DNA of 57,824 nt from Lachnospira sp. (GTDB taxonomy: Bacteria; Bacillota; Clostridia; Lachnospirales; Lachnospiraceae). A model generated the notes under the pieces. The model worked only from the letters and a program-made list of their open reading frames with translations. It was not told where the DNA came from and ran no database searches. Location of the stretch: the NCBI GenBank assembly GCA_028693195.1, contig JAQUVV010000001.1, positions 1 to 57,824 of the forward strand. Direction: 5' to 3'. Position numbers and translations under genes: made by a program. Shown here in pieces: positions 18,881-30,200 of this stretch; position 1 is the first letter of the stretch, and the number at the start of each line of letters is the position of its first letter.

Positions 18881-19438
18881 TTATTTTTGTTTAGACAGAT
18901 AGTCCGCACGACCTTCTTCGTATAAATTATTACCTTCGCAGTCGATAATAACCACCAACGGCATCTCTTCCACATATAGCTTTCGAAGCGCTTCTGCTCC
19001 CAAATCTTCATATGCAATCAATTCCGCCTTTTTGATGGATTTGGCAATTAATGCGCCGGCTCCGCCAATGGCCCCAAAATATACGCCTTTATATTGCTTC
19101 ATAGCTTCTACAACTTCTGGAAGACGAGCCCCTTTACCAATCATTCCTCTGGCGCCAACAGACATCATAGTTGGTGCATAAGCATCCATACGTCCGCTGG
19201 TTGTTGGGCCTGCAGAGCCAATTACCTTACCAGGCATAGCTGGTGTCGGTCCTACATAGTAGATGGTTGCATCCTTTGGATCCATTGGAATCTCTTCTCC
19301 CTTTGCCAAAGCTTCACACATACGCTTGTGACCAGCATCACGAGATGTGTAAATGGTTCCAGTAAGATATACGGTATCTCCTGCATGTAATGTTTCTGCT
19401 AATTCTGCTGTCAAAGGCAGCTGGATATGTTTTTCCAT
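18881..19438 (-). CDS. Class I Fe-S fumarate hydratase, beta subunit (TtdB/FumB C-terminal family)
   Basis: RDAGHKR, GPTTSGRMD, MIGKG, EDLGAEA. Confidence 0.9.
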   Translation of the reverse strand: MEKHIQLPLTAELAETLHAGDTVYLTGTIYTSRDAGHKRMCEALAKGEEIPMDPKDATIYYVGPTPAMPGKVIGSAGPTTSGRMDAYAPTMMSVGARGMIGKGARLPEVVEAMKQYKGVYFGAIGGAGALIAKSIKKAELIAYEDLGAEALRKLYVEEMPLVVIIDCEGNNLYEEGRADYLSKQK

Positions 19439-19439
19439 T

Positions 19440-20282
19440 TTAGATTACCTCCGTTTTATGTCTTGTTACGTGACAGTTAATGTTGATGGCACATGGCATA
19501 CCTGCAATGTGTGTTGGTAAAGTCTCTATATTAAGACCAATGGCTGTTGTCTTTCCACCGAATCCCTGAGGTCCAATACCAAGTTTATTCACCTTTTCAA
19601 GCATTTCTTCTTCTAAGTCTGCGTAATATGGGTCCGGGTTTTTGCTATCAATATCTCTCATTAATGCTTTTTTCGCAGATAAGGCAGCTTTATCAAATGT
19701 TCCGCCAATACCAACTCCAATTACCATTGGTGGACATGGATTTGGTCCAGCTGTCTCTACAGTTTCTAATATAAAGTCCTTAATGCCCTGAATTCCGGCA
19801 GATGGTTTAAACATACGAATGGCACTCATATTCTCGCTGCCAAATCCCTTTGGTCCAACAGTAATCTTAATCTGCTCTCCTGAAACAATCTCAGTATAAA
19901 TCATAGCTGGTGTGTTATCACCTGTATTGCCTCTGCGAACTGGATCTTTTACTACAGATTTTCGAAGATATCCTTTGTCGTATCCACGACGTACACCTTC
20001 ATTAATAGCATCATCTAGGTTGGCACCTGTAATATGTACATCTTGTCCAATCTCTAAAAACACACAAGCCATACCTGTATCCTGACAAATAGGTACATTT
20101 TCGCTGTCAGCAATCTCAAAGTTTGTTACAATTTTATCTAGCACTCCCTGAGCAATCTCATAATCTTCACAAGCTCTGCATGTTTTAATAGCCCCTTGAA
20201 CATCCTTAGGCAGATGGTAGTTTGCTTCAATACAAAGCTTTTCCACTATATCTGTGATTTGTTGTGCATTAATATCTCGCAT
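19440..20282 (-). CDS. Class I Fe-S fumarate hydratase, alpha subunit
   Basis: [42 protein letters not shown]. Confidence 0.9.
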   Translation of the reverse strand: MRDINAQQITDIVEKLCIEANYHLPKDVQGAIKTCRACEDYEIAQGVLDKIVTNFEIADSENVPICQDTGMACVFLEIGQDVHITGANLDDAINEGVRRGYDKGYLRKSVVKDPVRRGNTGDNTPAMIYTEIVSGEQIKITVGPKGFGSENMSAIRMFKPSAGIQGIKDFILETVETAGPNPCPPMVIGVGIGGTFDKAALSAKKALMRDIDSKNPDPYYADLEEEMLEKVNKLGIGPQGFGGKTTAIGLNIETLPTHIAGMPCAININCHVTRHKTEVI

Positions 20283-20316
20283 AGTTTTTTCCCTTTCTTA
20301 ATTCGACTAATTTACT

Positions 20317-20333
20317 CGTTAATTCTTTAACAT
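20317..20333. promoter_or_regulatory. Rex-like operator upstream of the fumarase operon
   Basis: CGTTAATTCTTTAACAT, 16/17 identical to 18698-18714, 7 nt downstream of the -10. Confidence 0.6.
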
Positions 20334-20340
20334 AGTTCCT

Positions 20341-20369
20341 ATTGTACTCATTCAGCGCACTAAAGTCAA
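20341..20369 (-). promoter_or_regulatory. sigma-A promoter of the fumarase operon
   Basis: TTGACT-17 bp-TACAAT on the minus strand. Confidence 0.7.
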
Positions 20370-20379
20370 TAATTTTTTC

Positions 20380-20410
20380 TTATTGACATATGTTAATAAT
20401 AATATATAAT
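20380..20410 (+). promoter_or_regulatory. Promoter with overlapping palindromic operator for the DUF134 gene
   Basis: TTGACA-16-TATAAT; palindrome TTATTGACAT|ATGTTAATAA (1 mismatch) over the -35. Confidence 0.65.
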
Positions 20411-20458
20411 AAATTTATGAACTACTACTATTTTACCACACTTGAAAGGGGGATTCTT

Positions 20459-21190
20459 ATGGCCCGACCAAACAAACAACGGTCCGTATGCCGTATGCCG
20501 GGCTGCCGACAATTTTATCCTGCACACCGCCCAACTGACTCTATTACACTTCTTCTTTCGGTGGAAGAATACGAAGTACTTCGATTGATAGACTATTCCG
20601 GTATGAGCCAGCAGGAAGCTGCAGCACATATGACGGCATCCCGCACCACCATTCAGGGCCTTTATGCTGAAGCCCGTAAGAAGCTTGCCCGATTCCTGGT
20701 AGAAGGTGCAACCCTCTCCATTGAGGGTGGAAGTTATGAATTATGTAACCAAAACAAATCCTGCTGCGGCAGGCATCAAGAAAAAGGAGAATTCACTATG
20801 AAAATTGCAGTAACTTATGAAAATGGACAGATTTTTCAACATTTTGGACACACAGAACAATTCAAAGTATATGAGGTAGAAAACGGAGAAGTCCAGTCCT
20901 CTGAAATCGTTGACACTAACGGGCAGGGACATGGGGCATTGGCTGATTTCCTTTTCAATGGTGGAATTCAGGTTCTAATCTGTGGTGGAATTGGTGGCGG
21001 TGCCAGAAATGCACTGGCAGAAGCTGGAATCGAATTATATCCAGGTGCTTGTGGAGATGCTGATGCACAGGTTGCTTCTTTCCTTCAGGGAAAGTTGCAG
21101 TACGACCCAGATACAATGTGCAGTCACCATACTCACGAAGAGGGGCACACTTGCGGTAATCACGGCTGTGGCAGCGACAGTTGCCATTAG
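20459..21190 (+). CDS. DUF134 HTH regulator fused to a NifB/NifX-family domain with His/Cys-rich tail
   Basis: MARP..R..C, EEYEVLRLIDY.G.SQ.EAA..M..SRTT; second domain IFQHFGH..F, LICGGIGGGA. Confidence 0.8.
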   Translation: MARPNKQRSVCRMPGCRQFYPAHRPTDSITLLLSVEEYEVLRLIDYSGMSQQEAAAHMTASRTTIQGLYAEARKKLARFLVEGATLSIEGGSYELCNQNKSCCGRHQEKGEFTMKIAVTYENGQIFQHFGHTEQFKVYEVENGEVQSSEIVDTNGQGHGALADFLFNGGIQVLICGGIGGGARNALAEAGIELYPGACGDADAQVASFLQGKLQYDPDTMCSHHTHEEGHTCGNHGCGSDSCH

Positions 21191-21231
21191 TGCCAATAAA
21201 TAAAAGATAATTACATGAAGGGAGTTCAATT

Positions 21232-21903
21232 ATGGACCGTAAAGAAATATTAAGTAAAGTAGATCACACCCTATTACTTCAACCATCAACCTGGGAGGAA
21301 ATTAAAGTTATTTGTAATGATGCAATGAAATATAGTACTGCATCTGTCTGTATTCCTCCATGTTTTGTAAAAGAAGCCCATAAATATATGGGTAATAAAA
21401 TGGCTGTATGTACTGTAATCGGATTTCCTAATGGGAACCATACAACTGCCTGCAAAGAATTTGAAACAAAAGATGCCCTTGCTAATGGTGCTTCTGAAAT
21501 CGATATGGTCATCAATATCGGTGCGCTTCGTGCAAAAGATTATGACTACGTATTGAATGAAATGAAAGCATTAAAAGCAATTTGCGGTAATAAGGTGTTA
21601 AAAGTAATCATTGAAACATGTCTCCTCACAGAAGAGGAAAAAATCAAAATGTGCGAATTAGTAACCGCTTCTGGTGCCGACTACATTAAGACGTCCACTG
21701 GGTTTTCAACTTCTGGTGCAACTTTTGACGACATCGAATTATTTGCAAAACACGTTGGTCCAAATGTAAAGATAAAGGCTGCTGGCGGCATTAGTTCTTT
21801 TGATGATGCCGAAAAATTTATCTCGCTGGGTGCTGACAGACTTGGAACAAGCAGACTTGTTAAAATTATGAATGCCGATTCTACTGAAATTTCTGGCTAT
21901 TAA
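21232..21903 (+). CDS. deoC: Deoxyribose-phosphate aldolase
   Basis: DHTLL, CTVIGFPNG, EIDMVIN, LKVIIET, IKTSTGF, IKAAGGI, RLGTS. Confidence 0.96.
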   Translation: MDRKEILSKVDHTLLLQPSTWEEIKVICNDAMKYSTASVCIPPCFVKEAHKYMGNKMAVCTVIGFPNGNHTTACKEFETKDALANGASEIDMVINIGALRAKDYDYVLNEMKALKAICGNKVLKVIIETCLLTEEEKIKMCELVTASGADYIKTSTGFSTSGATFDDIELFAKHVGPNVKIKAAGGISSFDDAEKFISLGADRLGTSRLVKIMNADSTEISGY

Positions 21904-21936
21904 GCTTTACTAGAACAATGGTTTTTCCTATTACAT

Positions 21937-21985
21937 AAAAAGTATCTCAGACAATTTTGAAAATAAATTTGTCTGAGATACTTTT
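21937..21985. terminator. Bidirectional intrinsic terminator
   Basis: AAAAGTATCTCAGACAA / TTGTCTGAGATACTTTT. Confidence 0.8.
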
Positions 21986-22030
21986 ATTATCGTAATCGAG
22001 TAGAAACCTGCTCAATTATTTTTATTCGGA

Positions 22031-22783
22031 TTACTGTCCATCTTCCAACAAGTCATTAATCTGTTCCATCTCCGACTCTGCCTGATAAATTAATCGACTG
22101 CATTCGTATAGCTTTGCAGTAAAATCAATTCCGCTTTCCTGGTGAAGATTTTTGTACTTCAGATCATGCTCCAAGCTAGCCCACAAGTCCATAGCCAGAG
22201 AACGAATCTGTAATTCTACTGGAACAAGCTGCTTTTTCCCCATAAAATATACGGGAATACGAATTACCAGGTGAAGGCTGCGATAGCCGTTCCTCTTGGG
22301 ATTCTGTATGTAGTCTTTTTCTTCCATAATGCGGATGTCATCTTGAGCTTCTATCCGGTCTCTTATGGTATAGACATCCTTGACATAAGGACATACCACC
22401 CGGACTCCTGCAATATCATAGATATTGTTGCAGGCAACAGACAAACTCAAATCCAAATCTTTTTTCTGTAATTTCCCTAAAATGCTTTTCAGCGACTTTA
22501 ACCGGGTATCAATGTGATGAATGGGACATCTGACATTTCGGAATCGAAATTCGTCCTTGATTACTGCCAGTCGTGCTGTAGTCTCATTCATAGCTGCATT
22601 GTACATACTAAGGATGGGATCCATAGTTCTGGAAAACTGATCTTTCATTAATACAATCCGTTCCATACTATCCACATCGGGCACGTCTATAGGAATGAGA
22701 CCTCCTACTTCCAGTGATTCTTCATGTTCATATGTAACATCATCTTTTTTTATATTAATAATATCTTTTGTTGTTTTTTTCAT
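22031..22783 (-). CDS. Small alarmone synthetase (RelP/RelQ-type GTP pyrophosphokinase)
   Basis: RLKS..SI..K, DIAGVRV, KDYI.NPK.NGYRSLH, VELQIR..AMD.WASLEH. Confidence 0.9.
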   Translation of the reverse strand: MKKTTKDIINIKKDDVTYEHEESLEVGGLIPIDVPDVDSMERIVLMKDQFSRTMDPILSMYNAAMNETTARLAVIKDEFRFRNVRCPIHHIDTRLKSLKSILGKLQKKDLDLSLSVACNNIYDIAGVRVVCPYVKDVYTIRDRIEAQDDIRIMEEKDYIQNPKRNGYRSLHLVIRIPVYFMGKKQLVPVELQIRSLAMDLWASLEHDLKYKNLHQESGIDFTAKLYECSRLIYQAESEMEQINDLLEDGQ

Positions 22784-22882
22784 GTCGTATTCTTCTTTCT
22801 CCAGTACTTCATCTATTGTACCAAAGAAATTGGGAATATTCGTGAACAGAACCTGAAATTTTTATGAAATTAATTACTTTGA

Positions 22883-23674
22883 TTAGTCATTGGTTCCCTC
22901 TGTTTTTTCGTTCTCTCTTACCTTTGGGATTAATGATGTTGCCAGTTTTCCCTTGCCACGGTGCTTCAGATAGATAATCCCTATGATAGAGAATACCACT
23001 GCACCTGCAAAATTAACCATTAAGTCTTTCATCGTATCTACAATTCCAATATCCAGATAACCGCCCAAATTCCATGGTTGTCCGTTGACAACAATAGACT
23101 GAATGTCCACATGTACAGGAATATTGGCGCCTGTTGGATTTAGTTTCACCGAACTGATTGCTGGTACAATCCAGTCCTTCTGCATATCCAATCCAAAAAA
23201 CCAATCCATACTAAACTCAAAGAATTCCCACAATACACCAACAGTCATAGAAAAACAAAAGGCCACAAATGCTACGAAATAAGGTGACATCTTAATGGAA
23301 AACTTATCACTGCGGTTAAATATGTCTATTAAAGCAAATCCGATAGCTGCCATTAGAAAACCGTTGGTGGTATGTAAAATCGAATCCCATATTGGAATCT
23401 TTACATAAAACGCATTGATCTCTCCCAAAATTTCCGCCGAAAAAATGAAGACCAGAATAATCGTTTCCAATCCTACTGGGATAGAGACTCCCAGCTTTTT
23501 ATCAATTAATTGCGGTACCATAAATAAAATCAATGTCAAAAAACCAAGAAACATATTATGATAATTTCCAAGCAGGAACTGTCTTACAATGGATACCACA
23601 ACCAATATGGTTAGTACAACTTCTATTTTTGTTCTATGTTTGTTAAATTGACTTTTGCCCTCTCTCATCTTCAT
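22883..23674 (-). CDS. Conserved integral membrane protein
   Basis: Several TM helices; 'WDSILH', 'GVLWEFFEF', 'DTMKDL' motifs (DUF2238/VanZ-like). Confidence 0.7.
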   Translation of the reverse strand: MKMREGKSQFNKHRTKIEVVLTILVVVSIVRQFLLGNYHNMFLGFLTLILFMVPQLIDKKLGVSIPVGLETIILVFIFSAEILGEINAFYVKIPIWDSILHTTNGFLMAAIGFALIDIFNRSDKFSIKMSPYFVAFVAFCFSMTVGVLWEFFEFSMDWFFGLDMQKDWIVPAISSVKLNPTGANIPVHVDIQSIVVNGQPWNLGGYLDIGIVDTMKDLMVNFAGAVVFSIIGIIYLKHRGKGKLATSLIPKVRENEKTEGTND

Positions 23675-23676
23675 TT

Positions 23677-24213
23677 TTATTCTCCATCTTCTTTTCCAAG
23701 GTTGATAGCTAGTACAGTCATATTAATTCCCTGCATTAGAATAGAAAATGCAATCATATATCCAACAGAAATCATAGTGATAATCGGATGGGTAAAGGCA
23801 AGAATTCCAGCAAGAACCCCTAGCGCTCCACAAATAATTCCAAGGATGCCTTTTGATTTTGATTCTTGGCATTTTTTAACTCCCTTTACAATCTGGAAAA
23901 TACCATAAATCAGAAGACTTCCACCCACCAGATAAGTCGCCGCAACGTCAGTTAAAAATCTCTGAACACCACTAAACAGTAGCATCAGACCTACGATTCC
24001 TTCTATTACACCTATAATGCATGTACCAACTTCCTTCTTTTCCTTAGATAAGGCAGCAATTACCAGTTCAACTCCGTTCATCAGAAACAGAATTCCCAGA
24101 ATCCACCCAATGGCCAAAAATGTGCGAAGGGGCGTGACCACCGCATAAATACCTAATAATACGGTGATAATTCCTGTTACTAATGTAATTGTTTTAATTG
24201 TGTTTTTATTCAT
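23677..24213 (-). CDS. HdeD/DUF308-family membrane protein
   Basis: Six Gly-rich TM helices in a repeated 'GI..VLLGI....P' pattern; start overlaps the upstream stop. Confidence 0.75.
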   Translation of the reverse strand: MNKNTIKTITLVTGIITVLLGIYAVVTPLRTFLAIGWILGILFLMNGVELVIAALSKEKKEVGTCIIGVIEGIVGLMLLFSGVQRFLTDVAATYLVGGSLLIYGIFQIVKGVKKCQESKSKGILGIICGALGVLAGILAFTHPIITMISVGYMIAFSILMQGINMTVLAINLGKEDGE

Positions 24214-27200
24214 AATATCTCCTTTTTCTTCTTAAAATAGATGCAATCACACACAGACTTCCTATCAGAATGATCATCCATAGACTGGTCGTAGTTGTAT
24301 CACCGGTATCTGCCGATTTGTTCTTTTGACTGTCCTTGCCAGTTTTATCTGACTTGTTGGAGCCTCCAGAATCATTTCCTGCACCATCTCCCGGCTTCAC
24401 ATCCGAACCATCTCCTGAGTCCCCATCCGAACCATTGTCGGGTGTCTGCGCTTCTTTAGTTACCTGAATTTCAAATTCAATAGGTTGTTCCAATCCTGCC
24501 ACGCGAATAATTCCTTTGCAGGTACCGCTTTTTACACCTGTAACCACGCCGTTACTATCAATCGTCGCAATTTCCGGCTGATCGGTAGAAAATTCCAGTG
24601 TACTGTATAAAGCTGCCATGCTGTTTGTAAAGGAATATTTGGCCAGAATGCTCTGACCTTCTCCAACCACTAATTTTTCACTTGTCAGACCTCCTGCTGA
24701 CGGTGCTTTTTCGATAATGACAAAGGCATCAGCATAGTCTATGATATTCTGATTATTGGTCCCATATTCCTCACAGAGACATGCATATAATGGAACGTAT
24801 CCCAGCATATCTTCAGATCCTTTTGGCATACTGTCTCCACTATTAGTTCCATTGCCTCTTGCTTCTAGCCAGTTTTCTCCATTCTGTCCATCTGCTACAT
24901 CGAGCCTGATATCGAATTCTAGCCTGGTTTCTTCCCCCGCATCTAACTCGGGAATTGTTATAGAACCGGCGCTTTTTGCCACTGATTCCGCTGATTCCTC
25001 TGCCTTTGTTGTAGAAAAGCTGACATCTGGCATATACTGCATATCCAATGTATAAGTTCTACTTCTTGAACTTCCCATATTTTTAACCCCGGCTCGCACA
25101 TGGCAAGTAGCCATTCCATCTTGGTCTGCCTGTTCTGGATATTGCTGCATCTCATATGAAATTCCGGTAAACACTAGCCCATTATCTGTGTATTTGTATA
25201 GTGCCGGGAGGGTCTTTGTCATTGCCGTTGCTCCCGTTCCAGTTACCTCAATGCGGAATTGTGTTTCTTCTCCATTTGGTGTTGTATAGTCAAAGGATAC
25301 TGTCTGCGGATGTCCTGCATACAGATTAGACACCTTCTGTGTCTGCACCTTGGTTCCCGAAATTTGTTTACCAGATACATCCACTGGTGTAAGGGCTACT
25401 TCTGCTTCCGGTAACACATCGATGCCGTTATTGACAACGGTTACATATGCCTGAACTGTCTCTCCAGCACGTGGGAAACTCTTTGTCACTTCCATTTTGT
25501 CTACGTCCAATGCATATTTCTGGAACGCTGTCTCCACTGTTACTTCTCCATCACCTTTCGTGTACAAATAGACTAGCTCTGCATTTGGGCGGACGTAAGA
25601 CGCCACATATTCTCCCGCCGGCTGATCCTGTAATTGTACACTTCCAGTCCAATAAGTCGTATAGTCTTCTTCGCCATCTAGTTTTACGGAGGAAGCCGAT
25701 AGTGCATGAATCTCTGAAGTAGATATCAAGTTTCCTGTATTCTCATCAGCCACCACCGCCGGCTGAGTCCATGTTACATACATGCGATCCTGATGGGCGT
25801 GCAGTTGTAAATTCTGGTAGGTTGCGTCTGCTGATTCTTCGTTCATAGAAATTTCTACTTTGGCATGATCAGCATCGCCTTCTAACAACTGGCTCAAATC
25901 AGTATAAGTCAAGGTTTGATCCTTTGCCCAGACTGCTACTGTATTCGTCGTTCCAACCATAGCGTCGGCACTGCATAGCTGGGTTCTGGATGCTTTCTGT
26001 TCACCGTCTGTAATCTGTACGGCCTCTCCTGTCTTATAGGACGAATCATCCTGATAATTCAACACGCGATAGTAGACGTTGTTATTTCCTTCATATCCTT
26101 TATCATTGAGTGTTCCAGCTGTATACAGACAAATTGGAGTTTGCCCATCCTTTGTACTAACCAGCGAAATATCTGTAGAATTAATGTTTTGATTCTCGCT
26201 CAATGCATCAATAGATGCCTGCCCCTTATTCCACTTCGTGTCTTCCCCTTTCTGCTCCGTATTGCAGGAAGCATAATTACTGGTCTGTGTCATCTTTAGA
26301 TAATCACTCATCTGTGAATTTTCATTCAGCTCCGATACTCTCGCTTCAGAGTAAAGCATCAAAACACTTTGATGTGCTTCATCATACACCAGTTTTCCAA
26401 CCTTCATAGCATCTTTTTGTGACTCTGTGGCCGAGGACGAAATCACAGACCGATTGGCAACCGCCTCATCCGTTCCCTGTTCTATCTTACTAACATCCAC
26501 AATGGCCGTCTGTATCTGTGAACTCTGCTCCCAGATTTTCAGTTCGGTTGCACCTTCCGGTACTTCCATACTACTGTACGCCACCATAAATTTGTCTGTT
26601 GCAATTTCAACAGCCACCGGAGCGTATTCTACATTTTCTACCCCTTCCTGCGTCTGATTGATTGGCGTTTCCTGAACCATTTTGCTTTGTTCCGTATCCC
26701 AGATTCCGCAGAAGAGAACTGGCACTTTAGATTCCATTGTTTCTTTTCTTGTATAGAATACTACATACTTTGTATCTGAATTAGCTAGTGGATAAATAGA
26801 AGGTGTATATGCCGCCTTTGTATCCATATCAACATTATCCTTTGAGATTGTTCCTACTGTTGGCCATGAGAAATCCGTTAATTGGAATTTGGCTAACTGC
26901 TCCTCAATAGCCTGGCTATAGAAATCCGACTGTCCTTCTGCCTGAGTCACTTCATCATATCCAAATTTCCATGTATGACTAGCAATGTTGAACTTATAGC
27001 TTGCCTGACCCAGGATTAACTGCATGGACACGATTCCATCAAAGCTAATAGTCTCTGTTCCCTTGCTGAAATCAGAAACAACCAGTGTACTGGTCAAATT
27101 TCCTCCCAGTTCAATATCCAGCACATTTTTAAAGCCAGTTCCAAGGGCAACCCCTCCGATAATATCAAAATTCAGATCCACATGTGACATATAGCTGTTG

Positions 27201-30200
27201 GAAGCCTGGGTGCTGATCTTATCCATTGCACCCCAGCCGTTCTTTGGCATAAGTCCGACCTTGAATCCACCTTTCACCGTTTCAGACAGGCGAACAATAA
27301 TTGGGAGCGGCCATACACCAACCATAAATGTCTCCGTAAAATCTGCCGTTTCACCTGCCCCCACATAAAGATACGTACCTGCATAATAGCATTTGCCATT
27401 GGCATTCGCAAGAACAACTTGCGCACATACTGTCACTGAGACCGTGAAGCTTGCTTTTTCTTCGTGATCCTTAAAAAAGCTTCCATAAGATGCCTTGTTC
27501 TTCCACACTGATGCATCATTAATAGCGCTTAACATATCTTCTTTATATTTATCAATGGCACCAATCTTTTTATCGGAAGCGACCGCCTGCTGCCCCGACT
27601 TCTTTTGGTACACCCCAATGGATGCTCCAACATTAATATAAACCATATCCCCTTTGTTCATTACATTTAAAATGGGACTTACTCCTTTAAACGAGAACAT
27701 AGGTGACACAGTGAAATTCCCTAGCTGCAGACCTGGTTTTACGCCCATAGCATCTGCTGCTGGAACATCAATTCCCATAGCCGGAAGATAGATTACAGAA
27801 TTCCAGTCCATAAATTCGGCCAAATTATAGCCCGACTGTTCTTTCCCATAACTGGTCACATTTCCTTTGTCATCATCATACAAAAGTTCCACATATAACT
27901 CAGCCCCCGGAATTGTAATCTCGCCCAGATTGAGCTCGCATTTGTATTTGTAAGTATCCTCACAGAGTTCAGCTTTATAGGTTTTTTCTACTCCGTCAGT
28001 ACCTTGCAGGTAGAGAAGCACCTGATTAATGTGACGATTCATAGCATTCAGTTTCATATAGAACGTGGTGGTCACCAGTGGTTCACAACTTACTGTACTT
28101 GTGGAATAGACATCGCCATTCCCATCTACATAGCACATCTCTTCCACATAAGGACCTGAATAGTAGGACAGTTTTAACTCTTGGGCAACGGAAGTGTCCC
28201 CCGACTCATTCAGCTTCATCTGCATTGTCTGTACGTACTGCATGTGATTGTATTCCACATAGACTGTCCGCTGTTCTCCGACAATCACATCCATCGTGGT
28301 ATCTGTCTTACCCTCTACTAACTGAGTCACTCCTTTGGCATCGGTAATGCCTCGATAAGCACCTATGGAAACCTCTGCACCTTCGATTGGTTCGTATTTG
28401 CTGCTATTCTCCGTCGGTCTCTCTAGAATGGTTCCTGCCTGTCTGGAAACCGTTGGTTTAATCACCAAATCTTTGGTCTCTTCCCCGTCCTTTACCTGTA
28501 CAAATTCAAGAGTAATGGTATTATCCGAAGCAACCGACGGCATCTGAAAACGATAGTAAAATGCTTCGCCATAAACTGTCACGGTTTTATTTGACGCTAC
28601 ATTCCGATAACTCCATTGACATCGATACCCCTTAGGTGCTTTTGCACAAAGCCCTGCAATGGTATCTGGTGTCAGGTTCTCACTTTCTATTTCCTTTTCC
28701 TTTGAAAGATCAGATGGATCCAAAAACACACTACTTATATAAGTTCCATCTGAATCCTTGTCTGCTTTAGACCTACCAGTAAAATCAGCCCCCTCTAACC
28801 CCCCATTCTTTACAATGAGCCTTGGTACGTAGTCCCCCTTCACAAAGATGGGTTGAACCTCATAGACCCCTGGCTCCACCGTAATTTCTCGAGTTGCTCC
28901 TATGTAATTTTTCTCATTGCTGTTACTTTTGTTTCCCCCAGCTGCTGTGTATTTCACAATATATCCCAACAAGATATAATCATTGGAAGCCAGTTCTACC
29001 TCGGTGTCTTCTTCAAAGTTTAAAATTGCTCCCGGGATTAACTCATGACTGTTCCACTTCACCGCTCCCTGGGTCTTTCCATCCTTATCCTTTAAAAGTG
29101 CCTTATTGTGATTCTCGTCAATCTCAAGTTTCAGATTGGCAGAAGCATAATTCGCATTTTCCGTAACCTGTATCTCTGCATTATTCACTTCATAGACCGG
29201 TCGAATCTGAATCACTTTTTCCTTGGCATATTCCGTATCCTTAAATTTATTTTCCCCAAGAGCATTGATAATTAATTCAGAATCTACGGTAAACATATTG
29301 GAGATTTCTGCATTCTTCTGTTCGCCATCTGATTCCAGCGTTTTCCATGAGCCTGTGCTGTCCCGATATTCAAATCCTTTTAATTCATAAGACGTATTCG
29401 CAGCTGGCGTATCAGAGTAGCGAAAAGTCTCGCCGTTATACACTGGGCAACGCTCTGGATTGCTGCCAACCTGTACATTTGCATCACTGGTCAACGTAAA
29501 CATTTGGTCTGATGGCTGAGCGGCATTTTTCATCTCTTTCCCGCTGGAATCGATGATTTTCGCCAGATTAGGATGTAGATAATAATCTCGTTTAATCAAG
29601 GCGAAGTTCTTAACCCAAAACTTCTCGTCCCCTGTGTTTTCAGCATGTGACATGGTTAAGAACAAATTATGTTTCCCAGCCACATTAAAACAATTATCAT
29701 ATGTTTTTATATTATATGAATTTTCTGCCTCCAGCGTTTCAAATGTTAATCGTAACCCCGTTTTATTTTTTGCTAGGTTTTTCTGTGCATCATGCTGTTT
29801 ACACAGGTCTGTATCACTGGCATAAGCAACAAAATAATCATTATCATCGCCGGATCCAGTCTTAATCTCTACTTCAAATCCTGAAATACCTGTAAAATCT
29901 ATTTTGTCGGCTGCCGCAACGATATCCGCCGTTCCTTTTCCGCTTACATCCATATTATTTCCAAAATAAACTGCTGACACCCCTTTGTCGTCATTAAAAA
30001 TGGAACCAAAGTTCAGGTCGGTTCTCATATAGATTCCCTGTCCAGTGTTGGTATCTGCAGTCACACATTCGGTCTTGTCCCCGTTTGCCGTGCTCTTTTT
30101 AAAGCCACCATTTCCAATATACACCGGCAATTCTATGCGATTCCTTTCTGTGGTAGCTGTTTGTGTTGTAGCTACATCCTGGGCCGCGTATTCTATGCTT

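Noticed and set aside
20798-21190. Nitrogen fixation gene
   Set aside because: NifB/NifX-like domains are common in non-diazotrophs; no nifHDK in the window
21986-22030. Attachment site marking the left end of the island
   Set aside because: No integrase, tRNA or matching repeat is visible in the window, so the boundary cannot be placed
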